IMG/VR virus record: IMGVR_UViG_3300044807_000039
Coordinates: 64,001-128,000 of that record
Length of the DNA stretch: 64,000 nt
Source: a virus
Lineage: Duplodnaviria; Heunggongvirae; Uroviricota; Caudoviricetes
Strand: one strand, 5' to 3'
The stretch's first letter is position 1. The number at the start of each line of letters is the position of its first letter. This document shows, one piece after another, positions 54,306-63,987 of this stretch. The notes beneath the pieces were generated by a model. The model was not told the origin of the DNA. It did not search any database and saw nothing but the letters and a program-made list of their open reading frames with translations. Position numbers and translations under genes: made by a program.

Positions 54306-55102
54306 TTCCCGATCGTGTACATATTTGGACAGCACGCGGCTTTAGGAATATTGGAGACGTAGCCGTAGGAGACAGAGTCATCAGCTATAATCCAAGCCGG
54401 GGATGCACGGAATACGATAGTATCGGTTCCGTGCAAACCGAATGGAAACAAAAAGGCTTAATCGGTATTAATCGAGTAGGTACTAACCTTCTATTAACTC
54501 CTGATCATCCAATGCTAATAACTAATGTGCGTACGAAACAATTGGATAGAATTAAAGCAGATGATCTTTTTATGTCTACCTTTGGCAGAGGAAATAAGTT
54601 GCTAATGAATAGACCATTTGAACCTTACTGTAGACAACAGCCTATTGAAGATGTAGAATGGTTAGCTAGACTAGCGGCATCTTCTTCTCGACACAAAGCA
54701 CCACCATTGTATTACGATGCAATTGAAGACGGATTAAGAGATATTACTGCTCAGGAAGCCCAAGCGTGGTTAACCACATTTTTTCATTGGAATATTCTTA
54801 AAGCAAGACCTAATTACATGAAAACAACGTTGTTGCGAAGTAGCTTCGTAAGAGCTATGCTATATCATGTGGCACCAAGAGCTGGGGTTGGAACCTATTT
54901 AGGACCATACCGAAATAAACCAAATCATAAAAGATTTGTGCAAGCTTTCAGTATAACTAAAACTGGGGACAGCCAAATTCAAAGGGAGCATTGGTGTGCA
55001 GACAGGCAGGATGGAATACTATACAATCTTACGACTAAGAATGGAAATTTCTTGGCTAAGTTTGGCAGCAGCACATTCCCGATGGCCTGTGAGTTCTCGT
55101 AA
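54302..55102 (+). CDS. free-standing intein-like Hint domain protein with degenerate LAGLIDADG insert
   Basis: IWTARGFRNIGDVAVGDRVISYN (block A), LLLTPDHPM (block B), GILYNLTTKNGNFL (block F); no exteins, no Cys1, no terminal Asn. Confidence 0.75.
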   Translation: MIPDRVHIWTARGFRNIGDVAVGDRVISYNPSRGCTEYDSIGSVQTEWKQKGLIGINRVGTNLLLTPDHPMLITNVRTKQLDRIKADDLFMSTFGRGNKLLMNRPFEPYCRQQPIEDVEWLARLAASSSRHKAPPLYYDAIEDGLRDITAQEAQAWLTTFFHWNILKARPNYMKTTLLRSSFVRAMLYHVAPRAGVGTYLGPYRNKPNHKRFVQAFSITKTGDSQIQREHWCADRQDGILYNLTTKNGNFLAKFGSSTFPMACEFS

Positions 55103-55118
55103 GGAGAGAAAATAAATA

Positions 55119-55508
55119 ATGATTTCCCAAGTAGTAGCACAGTGGCTCGCCGTAGGCGCGGGCGTCGTGGCAGTACCGGTAACCTCACTTTTTAAGAACA
55201 AGGGCTGGGATAAGAAGGCCAAGTTTGCGCTTGCGTCGTTCGTTTCCATTCTTGCTAGCCTTGGAATTGTAATTCCGGCGGCAGTTACAGATGCAGGAGT
55301 AAACAGTGGAGCGGTCATTGCTACCTCTATTGCTGCATCGCAAATTCTCTATAAGTTAGTTGCAGAGGGTACTAAGTTCGAGGATAAGCTTGCCAGCTCA
55401 CTTGTTAAGCCGAAGACAAGTGTAACGCGCGAAGCAGAGGAAGTTTATATTCCTTCTACTCGTGTCGATGAGCAGGTAATCGACACTAATAAGCATGACT
55501 CTCTATGA
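55119..55508 (+). CDS. holin candidate
   Basis: 129 aa, 2-3 TM segments, charged C-terminal tail. Confidence 0.55.
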   Translation: MISQVVAQWLAVGAGVVAVPVTSLFKNKGWDKKAKFALASFVSILASLGIVIPAAVTDAGVNSGAVIATSIAASQILYKLVAEGTKFEDKLASSLVKPKTSVTREAEEVYIPSTRVDEQVIDTNKHDSL

Positions 55509-55720
55509 TGGGTGTGCTTCATTGTTCCAAATGCAGCGGTAGGGTACTTCTCGATCGAGCATACAGTAGCTATGGTCACGTAGAATTATTTTGCCTTAGG
55601 TGCGGTAAACGCTGGGAGGCCCACAGAGATTCCCCTATCGCTAAGATCTTTAAGAAGATTGAGCGAAAAAGGGAGTTAGGTCACTTTGGCACAAATATTA
55701 CCGAACATATTCTTTCTTAA
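55505..55720 (+). CDS. zinc-ribbon protein
   Basis: CSKC...CLRC. Confidence 0.75.
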   Translation: MMGVLHCSKCSGRVLLDRAYSSYGHVELFCLRCGKRWEAHRDSPIAKIFKKIERKRELGHFGTNITEHILS

Positions 55721-56171
55721 CGGAAAGCTGCATAAGAAAATCAAGATAGTAAAGAGTGAAGATTTGGTCGTCGCCTTCTGCTTTCCAGATGAAAAACGCA
55801 TACATTATTTGTATAGTCTAATTCGTCGGGATATGCAGAAGGCGTTCACCATGGGCGACGTAGCTACTATTGTTAGACGTCCCACTAAAGAAATACATCG
55901 TTTTCTCAAAAATAAGCTCATAGATCGACCATCCGGATTCGAATACACTATTTCCAATAAAAGACCAAAAAATATGCATTGGTCTCAAAACGAGGTGCTC
56001 GAATTGCGTGATAGACTATACGAGCTGGCTCCCAAAGGTGAAGACGGATTCCCTTCGGGGAGATACCAGCTTGCCAGCAGAGCCGAAGTACTAGAGGCAA
56101 TTAATGGAGATGCCTCATATTACGTGAGAAACGCAGAAGGTGAGTATATAAAAGTTTGGCGGCCGTTGTGA
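55686..56171 (+). CDS. putative HTH (MerR-like) DNA-binding protein
   Basis: AFTMGDVATIVRRPTKEIHRFL and WSQNEV motifs. Confidence 0.6.
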   Translation: MAQILPNIFFLNGKLHKKIKIVKSEDLVVAFCFPDEKRIHYLYSLIRRDMQKAFTMGDVATIVRRPTKEIHRFLKNKLIDRPSGFEYTISNKRPKNMHWSQNEVLELRDRLYELAPKGEDGFPSGRYQLASRAEVLEAINGDASYYVRNAEGEYIKVWRPL

Positions 56172-56485
56172 GAAAGTACGAGTACGTAGAAATTGAGAGC
56201 GAAACCCAAATCCATCCTGGAATTGCCATCGCTCAGGCAGTCCAACTATTAGACCTTGCTGCCTCTATGGCAACTGACACCAAGGATATAGACCGGATGG
56301 TTAAGGTATCCACTAAGTGGCTAAATATGGGAGAACGCCTCGTTAAAATAATGGAGGACGAAGACGACGACGCTCCAGAGGAAGATGTAAAGCAGGCGAT
56401 TGAGTATGGATTCAAGGCTGGTTTAACCAAGCAGATCCTTGAAAAGGGGGAGGTGGAAGAAGATGTCAGAAGTGACGAGGATTAA
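56168..56485 (+). CDS. hypothetical protein
   Basis: GTG 56168 overlaps the previous TGA. Confidence 0.65.
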   Translation: MRKYEYVEIESETQIHPGIAIAQAVQLLDLAASMATDTKDIDRMVKVSTKWLNMGERLVKIMEDEDDDAPEEDVKQAIEYGFKAGLTKQILEKGEVEEDVRSDED

Positions 56486-56663
56486 TGTTCGTTTAGGAAC
56501 AACCGTAAATCTGGGAGACTTCGAAAATATTCGTTTGGATATTGAAGTTCAGGATTATGTGCGTGAAGGTATTGACAAAAACGCAGGAGAAGCAATCAAT
56601 AGAGTACATGAACTGGTAGAAAAGAAACTTGCAGAAAAACTAAACCCCTTTAGGACTGCATAA
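56463..56663 (+). CDS. hypothetical protein
   Basis: Start MSEVT at 56463; T.NLG.FE..R.D motif. Confidence 0.75.
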   Translation: MSEVTRINVRLGTTVNLGDFENIRLDIEVQDYVREGIDKNAGEAINRVHELVEKKLAEKLNPFRTA

Positions 56664-57022
56664 TGGCAACTCCGAAAATCGAGGACATTCATTCCCTAAT
56701 CACCTATTATCAAAAGCTGCATTTCCAGAAGTTCGGATTCAAGCTTGTTCCAAATAGAAACAAGCTGGTACACTTGATCCGCAACGTCCTTATGGATGTT
56801 ACAATTGACGAATTTAAAAGTCTCATGGTGTATTACCTTAAGACCGATCATGATCCGTCCTTGACCAATCTGTGCTACGAATATGCTGACCTTCTTACAA
56901 CCAAGAAGCGAAATGAAAAGGATTTGGACGAACGTCAGCAGCTTATGCGTGAGACCGAACGTCGTACACGGGAGTTTAGAGATTTTTATAAGAAGAAGCC
57001 AGAAGGCGGTTCAGTGGAATGA
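56663..57022 (+). CDS. hypothetical protein (possible helicase loader)
   Basis: 119 aa directly upstream of the helicase. Confidence 0.6.
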   Translation: MATPKIEDIHSLITYYQKLHFQKFGFKLVPNRNKLVHLIRNVLMDVTIDEFKSLMVYYLKTDHDPSLTNLCYEYADLLTTKKRNEKDLDERQQLMRETERRTREFRDFYKKKPEGGSVE

Positions 57023-58278
57023 TTAACGAAGCAAGGTTGCTTTCAGCAGTTATTAATAACAAGGATATTGCTCCGGTCCTGAATAGTCAGAATGTCGATA
57101 TGCTCTTCACGAGTCATGAAGATATTTGGAAGTTTACCAAGGAATATTTCATTCAGAACCGAGCAATCGTTCCATCTTCAATCCTCAACGAGCATTTCCC
57201 TGATTTTAGGGTAATGCCCGAAGCCGAGACTGCTGGTACCGTAAAGCATTATCTAGAGCAGCTTAGGGATGAATACACTGCTGTTCTGCTTGATAGAATC
57301 GCAGTTGGTGTTTCAAAGGATCTAGGGGTTAGGTCCAACAAGGCTATTCTTGGTAAGCTAGCCAGCATGGTATCTGATTTGACTAAGGTCACCAGTGGAA
57401 TTAGGGACCTTGACATTACCGATCCCGTAAAAGCAAACGAGCACTACGCGGAGATGAAGCGTTTGATGGAACTTAACGGCGGGGTGATGGGAATTCGTTC
57501 TGGTTTTGATGCTATTGATGCGTGCTATCCTACTGGATTCGCACCAGGTCAGTATATCATTGTTATTTCCAGGACCAACCAAGGTAAGAGCTGGATTGCA
57601 TTGGATCTTGCCATTAACGCATGGGCATTGGGACACAGCGTTCTGTATGCATCCTTGGAAATGTCTCCGCAGTCGGTACGTGACCGTGCATATACCTTGA
57701 TGTCTGAAGGTAAGTTTAAGATGTCCGATCTTTCTCGCGCACAAATTGACCTTCTGCAAATGGAGGAATGGACTGCCGAGAAGATGAATAAAAGTGGTAG
57801 TTTTATTGTCACATCTAGTGATGGCATGGGCGACTTCTCTCCTGCGCAACTTCAGGGTAAGATTGAGCAGTATGGCGCGGACATTGTCTTCGTCGATTAT
57901 TTGCAGCTCATGATTGACAACCGTGGATCAACTGGCGAGACCGAAAGGATTCGTAATGTATCCAAGGAACTGAAGTCGCTAAGTATGTCCGCAGAGGTTC
58001 CGATCATTGCAGTTGCAGCGGCATCGTCAAACGACACCAAGGAATATAGCAAGCCTCCAGAGATTTACGAATTCGCAGGGTCAAGGCAGGCAGCTTACGA
58101 TGCAGATCTAGTACTCTCTCTCTTCTCACATAAGCAGCACGACGGTTCATTGCGCACTGAAATTGTTGCTAAGAAGAACCGCAATGGTCCGCTATTTGAT
58201 TTTGTGGTAAAATTGGATATCGAGAGCGGAACCATTACCGAGGAATTTAATGCGGGTCTTCTCGAAAACGACGAGTAA
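57019..58278 (+). CDS. dnaB: DnaB-like replicative helicase
   Basis: SRTNQGKS, SLEMS, VFVDYLQLM, GSRQ..YDAD and KNRNG motifs. Confidence 0.92.
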   Translation: MINEARLLSAVINNKDIAPVLNSQNVDMLFTSHEDIWKFTKEYFIQNRAIVPSSILNEHFPDFRVMPEAETAGTVKHYLEQLRDEYTAVLLDRIAVGVSKDLGVRSNKAILGKLASMVSDLTKVTSGIRDLDITDPVKANEHYAEMKRLMELNGGVMGIRSGFDAIDACYPTGFAPGQYIIVISRTNQGKSWIALDLAINAWALGHSVLYASLEMSPQSVRDRAYTLMSEGKFKMSDLSRAQIDLLQMEEWTAEKMNKSGSFIVTSSDGMGDFSPAQLQGKIEQYGADIVFVDYLQLMIDNRGSTGETERIRNVSKELKSLSMSAEVPIIAVAAASSNDTKEYSKPPEIYEFAGSRQAAYDADLVLSLFSHKQHDGSLRTEIVAKKNRNGPLFDFVVKLDIESGTITEEFNAGLLENDE

Positions 58279-58286
58279 GGCGTACC

Positions 58287-58574
58287 ATGCATGGCAAACA
58301 AATAAAGAAGTATTCACAAGCTGGCGAGATCTTGGATGACGCAGACTTCGTTAAGGTTCGTGAGAATTTAGAAAAGCTGATGGTTCAGACCATGCGGGAC
58401 GAAGGCTATTTACCAATTCACGACCTTCGCTCGCAATGGTCTACCACCTGGCTAGGTAAAAAATACAGTTTTGTTCTCACGATGTGTGCGATGTATGCAG
58501 GAAAGAAAAAGGCTCAAGAATATGATTTCATCTACGACTGGCGATTGGTTAAAATCGGGAGATCAGTACTCTGA
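58287..58574 (+). CDS. hypothetical protein
   Basis: 95 aa; GY.P..D and Y.GKKKA motifs. Confidence 0.75.
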   Translation: MHGKQIKKYSQAGEILDDADFVKVRENLEKLMVQTMRDEGYLPIHDLRSQWSTTWLGKKYSFVLTMCAMYAGKKKAQEYDFIYDWRLVKIGRSVL

Positions 58575-59598
58575 TCAACAAATCAATTCCGTTCTTTCTG
58601 AGATTGGTGTTGAAATCGTTGGAGAGACCGATGCAGTTTTTTTGGCACTCTGTCCATTTCATCGTAATACCGATACACCAAGCTTCGCAGTGAATAAGGA
58701 GAATGGCTCCTATATCTGCTTCTCTCCCTCTTGCGATGTTAAGGGTAGCCTGGTAGGCTTAGTTCAAAGCTTGGCTGATCTTACAATTTTTCCGGCAAAA
58801 CGTCTTATTGCTCGATTTTATGGCGGGGGTAAAACTACTGCCGAACGAGTAGAGGATATCTTTGCCAAAAAGAACGAACTACCCAGCTTTCCACAGGACA
58901 TTATTAATAGAATGACTGACGAGTTTTGGGGATCACCAGCAGCCGATTATATGCACGGCAGAGGTTTTACCGATGAAACCCTGGCTCATTTTAGTATAGG
59001 TTATTCTAAGGGTAAAGGTTTGGTCGTCGTTCCAGTTCATAATTGGGAGGGTGACCCGGTTGGTGTTATTGGTAGAACAATTACCGGCAAGCGTTTTGAG
59101 AATAGCGAGAAGCTACCCACCAAGAAGACAATGTTTAACCTGCATCGTGCTAAACGTGTAGGCGAAAAGATAATTGTAGTTGAGTCGGCGTTTGATGCAA
59201 TGCGAATTCATCAAGCAGGCTTTCCAAATGTTGTCGCTACATGTGGTGGATTTTTTACCGAGCATCACCAACAACTACTCAATCGACATTTCAATGAAAT
59301 CATTATTATGACCGATAATGATGATCCCGATGAGCACCGCACCCCTTTATGTAGGAAGTGTCCAAATACGTGTCAGGGTCACAACCCGGGGCGAGTGCTA
59401 GGAGATAAGATCCAGGAAAGCCTTCGCAACAAAAGAATTAGATGGGCCAGCTACGATTATGGTATTATCTATCCTCATGGCGCAAAGGACGCCGGGGATC
59501 TAACTGAAGAAGAAATAGCGCAATGCATTAATAACTCTATTGGCGCAGCGGAAATGGTAATTTGGCGCAGGAATATTGAAGAATTGTCTATAGTTTAA
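58522..59598 (+). CDS. dnaG: DNA primase (DnaG-type, CHC2 zinc finger plus TOPRIM)
   Basis: CPFH...SF...C, VVES.FDA and MTDND motifs; start probably 58522 or later. Confidence 0.9.
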   Translation: MISSTTGDWLKSGDQYSDQQINSVLSEIGVEIVGETDAVFLALCPFHRNTDTPSFAVNKENGSYICFSPSCDVKGSLVGLVQSLADLTIFPAKRLIARFYGGGKTTAERVEDIFAKKNELPSFPQDIINRMTDEFWGSPAADYMHGRGFTDETLAHFSIGYSKGKGLVVVPVHNWEGDPVGVIGRTITGKRFENSEKLPTKKTMFNLHRAKRVGEKIIVVESAFDAMRIHQAGFPNVVATCGGFFTEHHQQLLNRHFNEIIIMTDNDDPDEHRTPLCRKCPNTCQGHNPGRVLGDKIQESLRNKRIRWASYDYGIIYPHGAKDAGDLTEEEIAQCINNSIGAAEMVIWRRNIEELSIV

Positions 59599-59614
59599 GC
59601 ATAACCGCAGGTCA

Positions 59615-59626
59615 GTGTGCTATAAT
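59615..59626 (+). promoter_or_regulatory. extended -10 promoter element
   Basis: GTGTGCTATAAT upstream of the SSB gene. Confidence 0.5.
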
Positions 59627-59682
59627 AGAGATGGCAGCCTTAAGAAAAGGCGGAAGCCAAAAACAATAGGAGAATAAAAATA

Positions 59683-60399
59683 ATGGCTACAGATCTAAAG
59701 AGTATCCTTCAGCGCAAGAAGGAGTACGCAGAGCGTACAGAACGTCCGAGCTTCGATTGGTTCGGTATTCCTGTGAATAGTACCGTCAAGGTTGTATTCT
59801 TACAGGAGCTTGATAAAGAATTGGCAGATGACAAGGGTGCCGCGCGCTACCTTGTTGAGCACACTTCTCCAGAAAACTTTAAGCGCAAGGCCGAGTGCAC
59901 CTTTGATGAAGAGACCGGCGAACGTTGCTTTGCTTGTGAAATGGCGCAGGAATTTCCTAAGGTTGCAGAAGGCTCCTGGTGGGCCAAGACTAACTTCTAT
60001 GTTCAGGTTTATGTAGAGGGTAAGGACGACAAGCCAGGCAAGGGAAAGGTAAAGGTTCTTTCTCGCCCGGTTTCTCCAAAGGGTGGCGACTTCTTTGATT
60101 TGCTGCTTACCTGGGCAACCGAGGAGAACGATGGCCGCGTTACTGGCCAGACCTTCCAGATTAGCAAAGGCGCGGAGAAAACTTCTCCATGGACTCTTAT
60201 GCCAACAAACAAGGTTCTAGAAGTTCCGGATACTGCGGAACTTATCGATCTAGAAAAGGCTGTTGGCCTACGTGTCGAATACGACAAGCAGAAGGGCTTT
60301 TATATGCCTGGTGGAAACACTGGTTCTAAGCCTGCTACTGCTGAAGCGGGAATCGAACAGCCTGCTGTAAAGAAGGCTGAAGACACTTCGGTCTGGTAA
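59683..60399 (+). CDS. single-stranded DNA-binding protein (gp32-like)
   Basis: 238 aa; Zn ligands H...C...C..C; acidic/aromatic C-terminus; position between primase and polymerase. Confidence 0.7.
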   Translation: MATDLKSILQRKKEYAERTERPSFDWFGIPVNSTVKVVFLQELDKELADDKGAARYLVEHTSPENFKRKAECTFDEETGERCFACEMAQEFPKVAEGSWWAKTNFYVQVYVEGKDDKPGKGKVKVLSRPVSPKGGDFFDLLLTWATEENDGRVTGQTFQISKGAEKTSPWTLMPTNKVLEVPDTAELIDLEKAVGLRVEYDKQKGFYMPGGNTGSKPATAEAGIEQPAVKKAEDTSVW

Positions 60400-60408
60400 G
60401 ATGTTAGA

Positions 60409-60442
60409 CGGCCCTAGCTTCGGCTAGGGCCGCTCTCTTTTT
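60409..60442 (+). terminator. intrinsic terminator
   Basis: CGGCCCTAGC-TTCG-GCTAGGGCCG followed by CTCTCTTTTT. Confidence 0.8.
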
Positions 60443-60485
60443 AACAATCAATTAAAGCTTCTCGAAGCTATATAGAAAGGTAATT

Positions 60486-63400
60486 ATGTCCTACGTAAAT
60501 CTGCATGCCCATACCCATTATTCTCCTATGGATGGATATGCAACCATTCAAGAATACATGGCTCGCCTGAAGGAAATTGGTTCTGATTCAATGGCAATCA
60601 CGGATCACGGAACATTGGCGGGACACCGAGAATTTCAGCGGGAAACGAAAGCAGCAGGCATTAAGCCTATTCTTGGAGTAGAAGCCTATCTCTCTCCAAC
60701 AGATCGTTTTGATCGTCGAACAAAAGCTAATCGTGAAGAAGCCGATAGCGTTTACAACCACCTTATTTTGCTTGCAAAGACCGATACTGGCCTGAAGAAT
60801 ATCCAGGCTGGCAATAGGGTTGCATGGGGAGAAGGTTTTTACAACAAGCCGCGTTGGGATTTTGAGCTGCTTGCTGAACACTCAAAGGATCTCATTGTAT
60901 TGTCGGGCTGCCTTAATGGAGTAATCTCCAAGGCAATTGATCGTGGAGATTTTCAGGCTGCGAACACCTGGGCAGAACGTTTCCAGGAAGTATTTGGTGA
61001 GGACTTTTACATTGAATTGCAGACTCACAACCCTGAATTAATTAACCGAGGATTGCTAGCGGTTGCTGACACCTATGGAATTAAGCCAGTAATTACCGAT
61101 GACTGCCATCACGCTTCTCCAGGTGACAAGATCATGCAAGAGATCTTTCTTATTCTCTCTACGCACCCAAAGCAGGATCGTACCGCAGATATCAATAAAG
61201 CACAGAAGCTTGAACTTCTTGACCGATTTGATTACCTTTATCCAGACCGCAAGATGTCCTTCAAGGATTTTGACCTTTACTTGGAGAGCTACCAGGAAAA
61301 GCAATTGAAGATGGCAGCAAAGGGATTTGATCGACAGGATATTTATGAGAACACCCTGGAAGTAGCTTCCAAGGTAGAGAGCTACACCTACCTAGAAAAC
61401 ATTGCGACACTTCCTAATATTGTTGCAGACCCGGATGAGGTCATTAGGATTAATGTCCAAAAGGGTCTAAAAGAAAAGGGTCTTGCTGATGATCCTATTG
61501 CACAGGCTCGTGTTGAGCGTGAACTAAGTGTTATCGCCGCGAAGAAAATTCCTAACTACTTCCTGGTGGTTCAAGATATGCTGGAGTTTGCTCGTAAGGA
61601 AAAGATCCGTATTGGCAAGGGTCGTGGTTCTGCGGCCGGTAGCTTGGTTTGTTATGCTCTCGGTATTACCGGGGTGAATCCTCTGGATTACAACCTGCTA
61701 TTTGAACGCTTCCTAGATCCCGACCGTGCAGACTACCCAGATGTTGATATTGATATTCAGGACACTCGTCGTGATGAGGTGCGTAAGTACCTAGTTCAGA
61801 AGTATGGACACGTTGCGAACATTACCAACATTAACACCTATAAGGGTAAGAAGGCACTGAAGGACGCAGCTCGCGTAATTGGGGTTCCGTACAACCTTGT
61901 TAATAAGACCATGAAGGTGCTTGAAGGTATTGATGAGATCACCGGTCACGATGTCATTGCGGAATTCAAGAAAGCAAAGCAGGCTAGGGAATTCAACCAG
62001 CTATATCCAGACGTGGCGGTAATTGCTGAAAAGCTTTACGGTCGAATTAACGGGTATGGAATGCATGCCGCTGGTGTTATCATCGCTAACGTTCCTATCT
62101 CGGATTATGCTCCGATTGAAACAAGAAAATCGGCGGGCACGGATGAGCGCGTAGAGGTAGTAGCGCTTGATAAGAATGAGTGTGAAAGCCTTGGATTGAT
62201 TAAAATGGACCTTCTTGGTTTGAAGACTCTATCTGTAATTGACGATGCCGTGCGATTGGTTAAGGATAACAGCGGAATAATTATTGATATTGATGCCGTT
62301 TCAATGGATGAGGATAGAGTATTTAAAGTTCTTGCAGCTGGTAAGACTCTAGGTACGTTTCAATGTGAAGCTGCTCCATATACAAAGCTACTTGTTAAGA
62401 TGGGCTGCGAGAACTTCAACGATCTGGTAGTATCAAATGCATTGGTTCGTCCGGGTGCTTGGAATGCTATTGGTGAAGACTACATTCTATTTAAGAATGG
62501 CCATAAAAAGGCTAAGGCTATTCATCCTGACGTGGAAAGCTACATGGCAGAAACCTTCTATCTTCCTGTCTACCAGGAGCAGATGATGAAGCTATCGGTC
62601 GACCTTGCAGACTTTACTGTTGGTGAATCAAATGAGCTTCGCCGGGGAATTGGTAAAAAGAAGCGTAGCATTATTGACGCCTTCAAGCCTAAGTTTATCA
62701 ATGGAGCTAAGCACAAGATCAGTGAAACCTTGGCGGAAAAGCTATGGACTTCTTTCGAAGAAGCTGGTTCATACGCGTTCAACCTATCACACGCGGTATG
62801 CTATTCTATGTTGAGCTACCAGACAGCCTGGTTGAAGGTTCACTATCCAATTGAATTTATGTGCGCGCTCTTGCAGAATGAATCAAACGGTGACGCAATT
62901 ACTGATTACCTTTTGGAGTGCAAGAATATGGGAATCAGCATTAAGCTTCCACATATCAATAGGTCGGATATGACCATCAGTATTGATGAAGAAGCATTGC
63001 GTATGGGCCTTGTTGGAGTTAAGTATATCTCGGATAAGGTAGCCAGTAGAATTATTGCTGAGCGTCCATACGATAGCTATGGAGAATTTAAGGAGTACGT
63101 TCTTCGTAAGGGTAGTGGTCTGAACACCCGCGTTCTGATGGCTCTAAATAGCTTTGGTGGTGCTGCCTTCGAAGACAATCCCGTGCCGGATGATTACAGG
63201 GAAAAGTTGTATGAATTCCTTGGAATCCCTGCATTTGATACCAAGATGATCTCCCCGCGAATGAAGGAGGGGTTACGTCCACTCGATGAATACACCGATG
63301 ACGAAACCTTTATTTGCACTGCTATGGTTAAGGGTGTTAAGCGCGGAACAGGTTGGGCTAGGATTGATATGATCGATGGTACCGCTTCTGCGGGAGCGTT

Positions 63401-63782
63401 CACCGAACAGAATACAGATATCGCCAAAGGTACCCAGTATCTATTCCTTATTGGCAACAACAAGATTCTAAAGGCCGTTCCATTGATTGGTGAACTAGAT
63501 CCTACCGATGAGGTCATTCTGGATTATGTTCGACGTCCAGCTCTTGATGAGGTCCCTAAGGGCCAGTACAAGATTATTGCGGCACAAGCTCGAAAGACCA
63601 AGGCTGGTGCGGATATGGCCTACATTACCGTTTCGGATGCGGACAAAAATCTAAAAACACTTTTAGTTTTCGAAAGCATGTTTGCGAAGGCACGATTGTT
63701 CTGTCGTTTAGGATCCGTGCGCGTTATTGATATTGGAAAGACCAAGGACGGAAAAGCCGAATTCATGAAGGATGTGTATTGA
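60486..63782 (+). CDS. dnaE: DNA polymerase III alpha subunit
   Basis: PHP domain HAHTHYS/TDHG, GRGSAAGSL, DYPDVDIDI, KMDLLGL and YAFNLSH motifs. Confidence 0.95.
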   Translation: MSYVNLHAHTHYSPMDGYATIQEYMARLKEIGSDSMAITDHGTLAGHREFQRETKAAGIKPILGVEAYLSPTDRFDRRTKANREEADSVYNHLILLAKTDTGLKNIQAGNRVAWGEGFYNKPRWDFELLAEHSKDLIVLSGCLNGVISKAIDRGDFQAANTWAERFQEVFGEDFYIELQTHNPELINRGLLAVADTYGIKPVITDDCHHASPGDKIMQEIFLILSTHPKQDRTADINKAQKLELLDRFDYLYPDRKMSFKDFDLYLESYQEKQLKMAAKGFDRQDIYENTLEVASKVESYTYLENIATLPNIVADPDEVIRINVQKGLKEKGLADDPIAQARVERELSVIAAKKIPNYFLVVQDMLEFARKEKIRIGKGRGSAAGSLVCYALGITGVNPLDYNLLFERFLDPDRADYPDVDIDIQDTRRDEVRKYLVQKYGHVANITNINTYKGKKALKDAARVIGVPYNLVNKTMKVLEGIDEITGHDVIAEFKKAKQAREFNQLYPDVAVIAEKLYGRINGYGMHAAGVIIANVPISDYAPIETRKSAGTDERVEVVALDKNECESLGLIKMDLLGLKTLSVIDDAVRLVKDNSGIIIDIDAVSMDEDRVFKVLAAGKTLGTFQCEAAPYTKLLVKMGCENFNDLVVSNALVRPGAWNAIGEDYILFKNGHKKAKAIHPDVESYMAETFYLPVYQEQMMKLSVDLADFTVGESNELRRGIGKKKRSIIDAFKPKFINGAKHKISETLAEKLWTSFEEAGSYAFNLSHAVCYSMLSYQTAWLKVHYPIEFMCALLQNESNGDAITDYLLECKNMGISIKLPHINRSDMTISIDEEALRMGLVGVKYISDKVASRIIAERPYDSYGEFKEYVLRKGSGLNTRVLMALNSFGGAAFEDNPVPDDYREKLYEFLGIPAFDTKMISPRMKEGLRPLDEYTDDETFICTAMVKGVKRGTGWARIDMIDGTASAGAFTEQNTDIAKGTQYLFLIGNNKILKAVPLIGELDPTDEVILDYVRRPALDEVPKGQYKIIAAQARKTKAGADMAYITVSDADKNLKTLLVFESMFAKARLFCRLGSVRVIDIGKTKDGKAEFMKDVY

Positions 63783-63783
63783 T

Positions 63784-63987
63784 ATGTCAAGGTTTCAGGG
63801 TATGAACCAAGAACACCTTTTGCCATTGCTGCTAGGGGCACTAGTTGATACAATGGGTGGAATAGTAGAGCTAGATACGATCGCCCTGGAGAAGTTCTCC
63901 AGCGAGGAGTTTTACGCAGTTAAGTTAGACTTCCAGGATGGCCTGGTTGTTTTGGAGGTATTGAATGAAGATCCAGCTAAGGCATGA
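63784..63987 (+). CDS. hypothetical protein
   Basis: Start MSRFQ at 63784. Confidence 0.6.
   Translation: MSRFQGMNQEHLLPLLLGALVDTMGGIVELDTIALEKFSSEEFYAVKLDFQDGLVVLEVLNEDPAKA

Noticed and set aside
60486-63782. Inteins or introns in dnaE (also checked in nrdJ and dnaB)
   Set aside because: ORFs are continuous and of normal length, with no Hint motifs.
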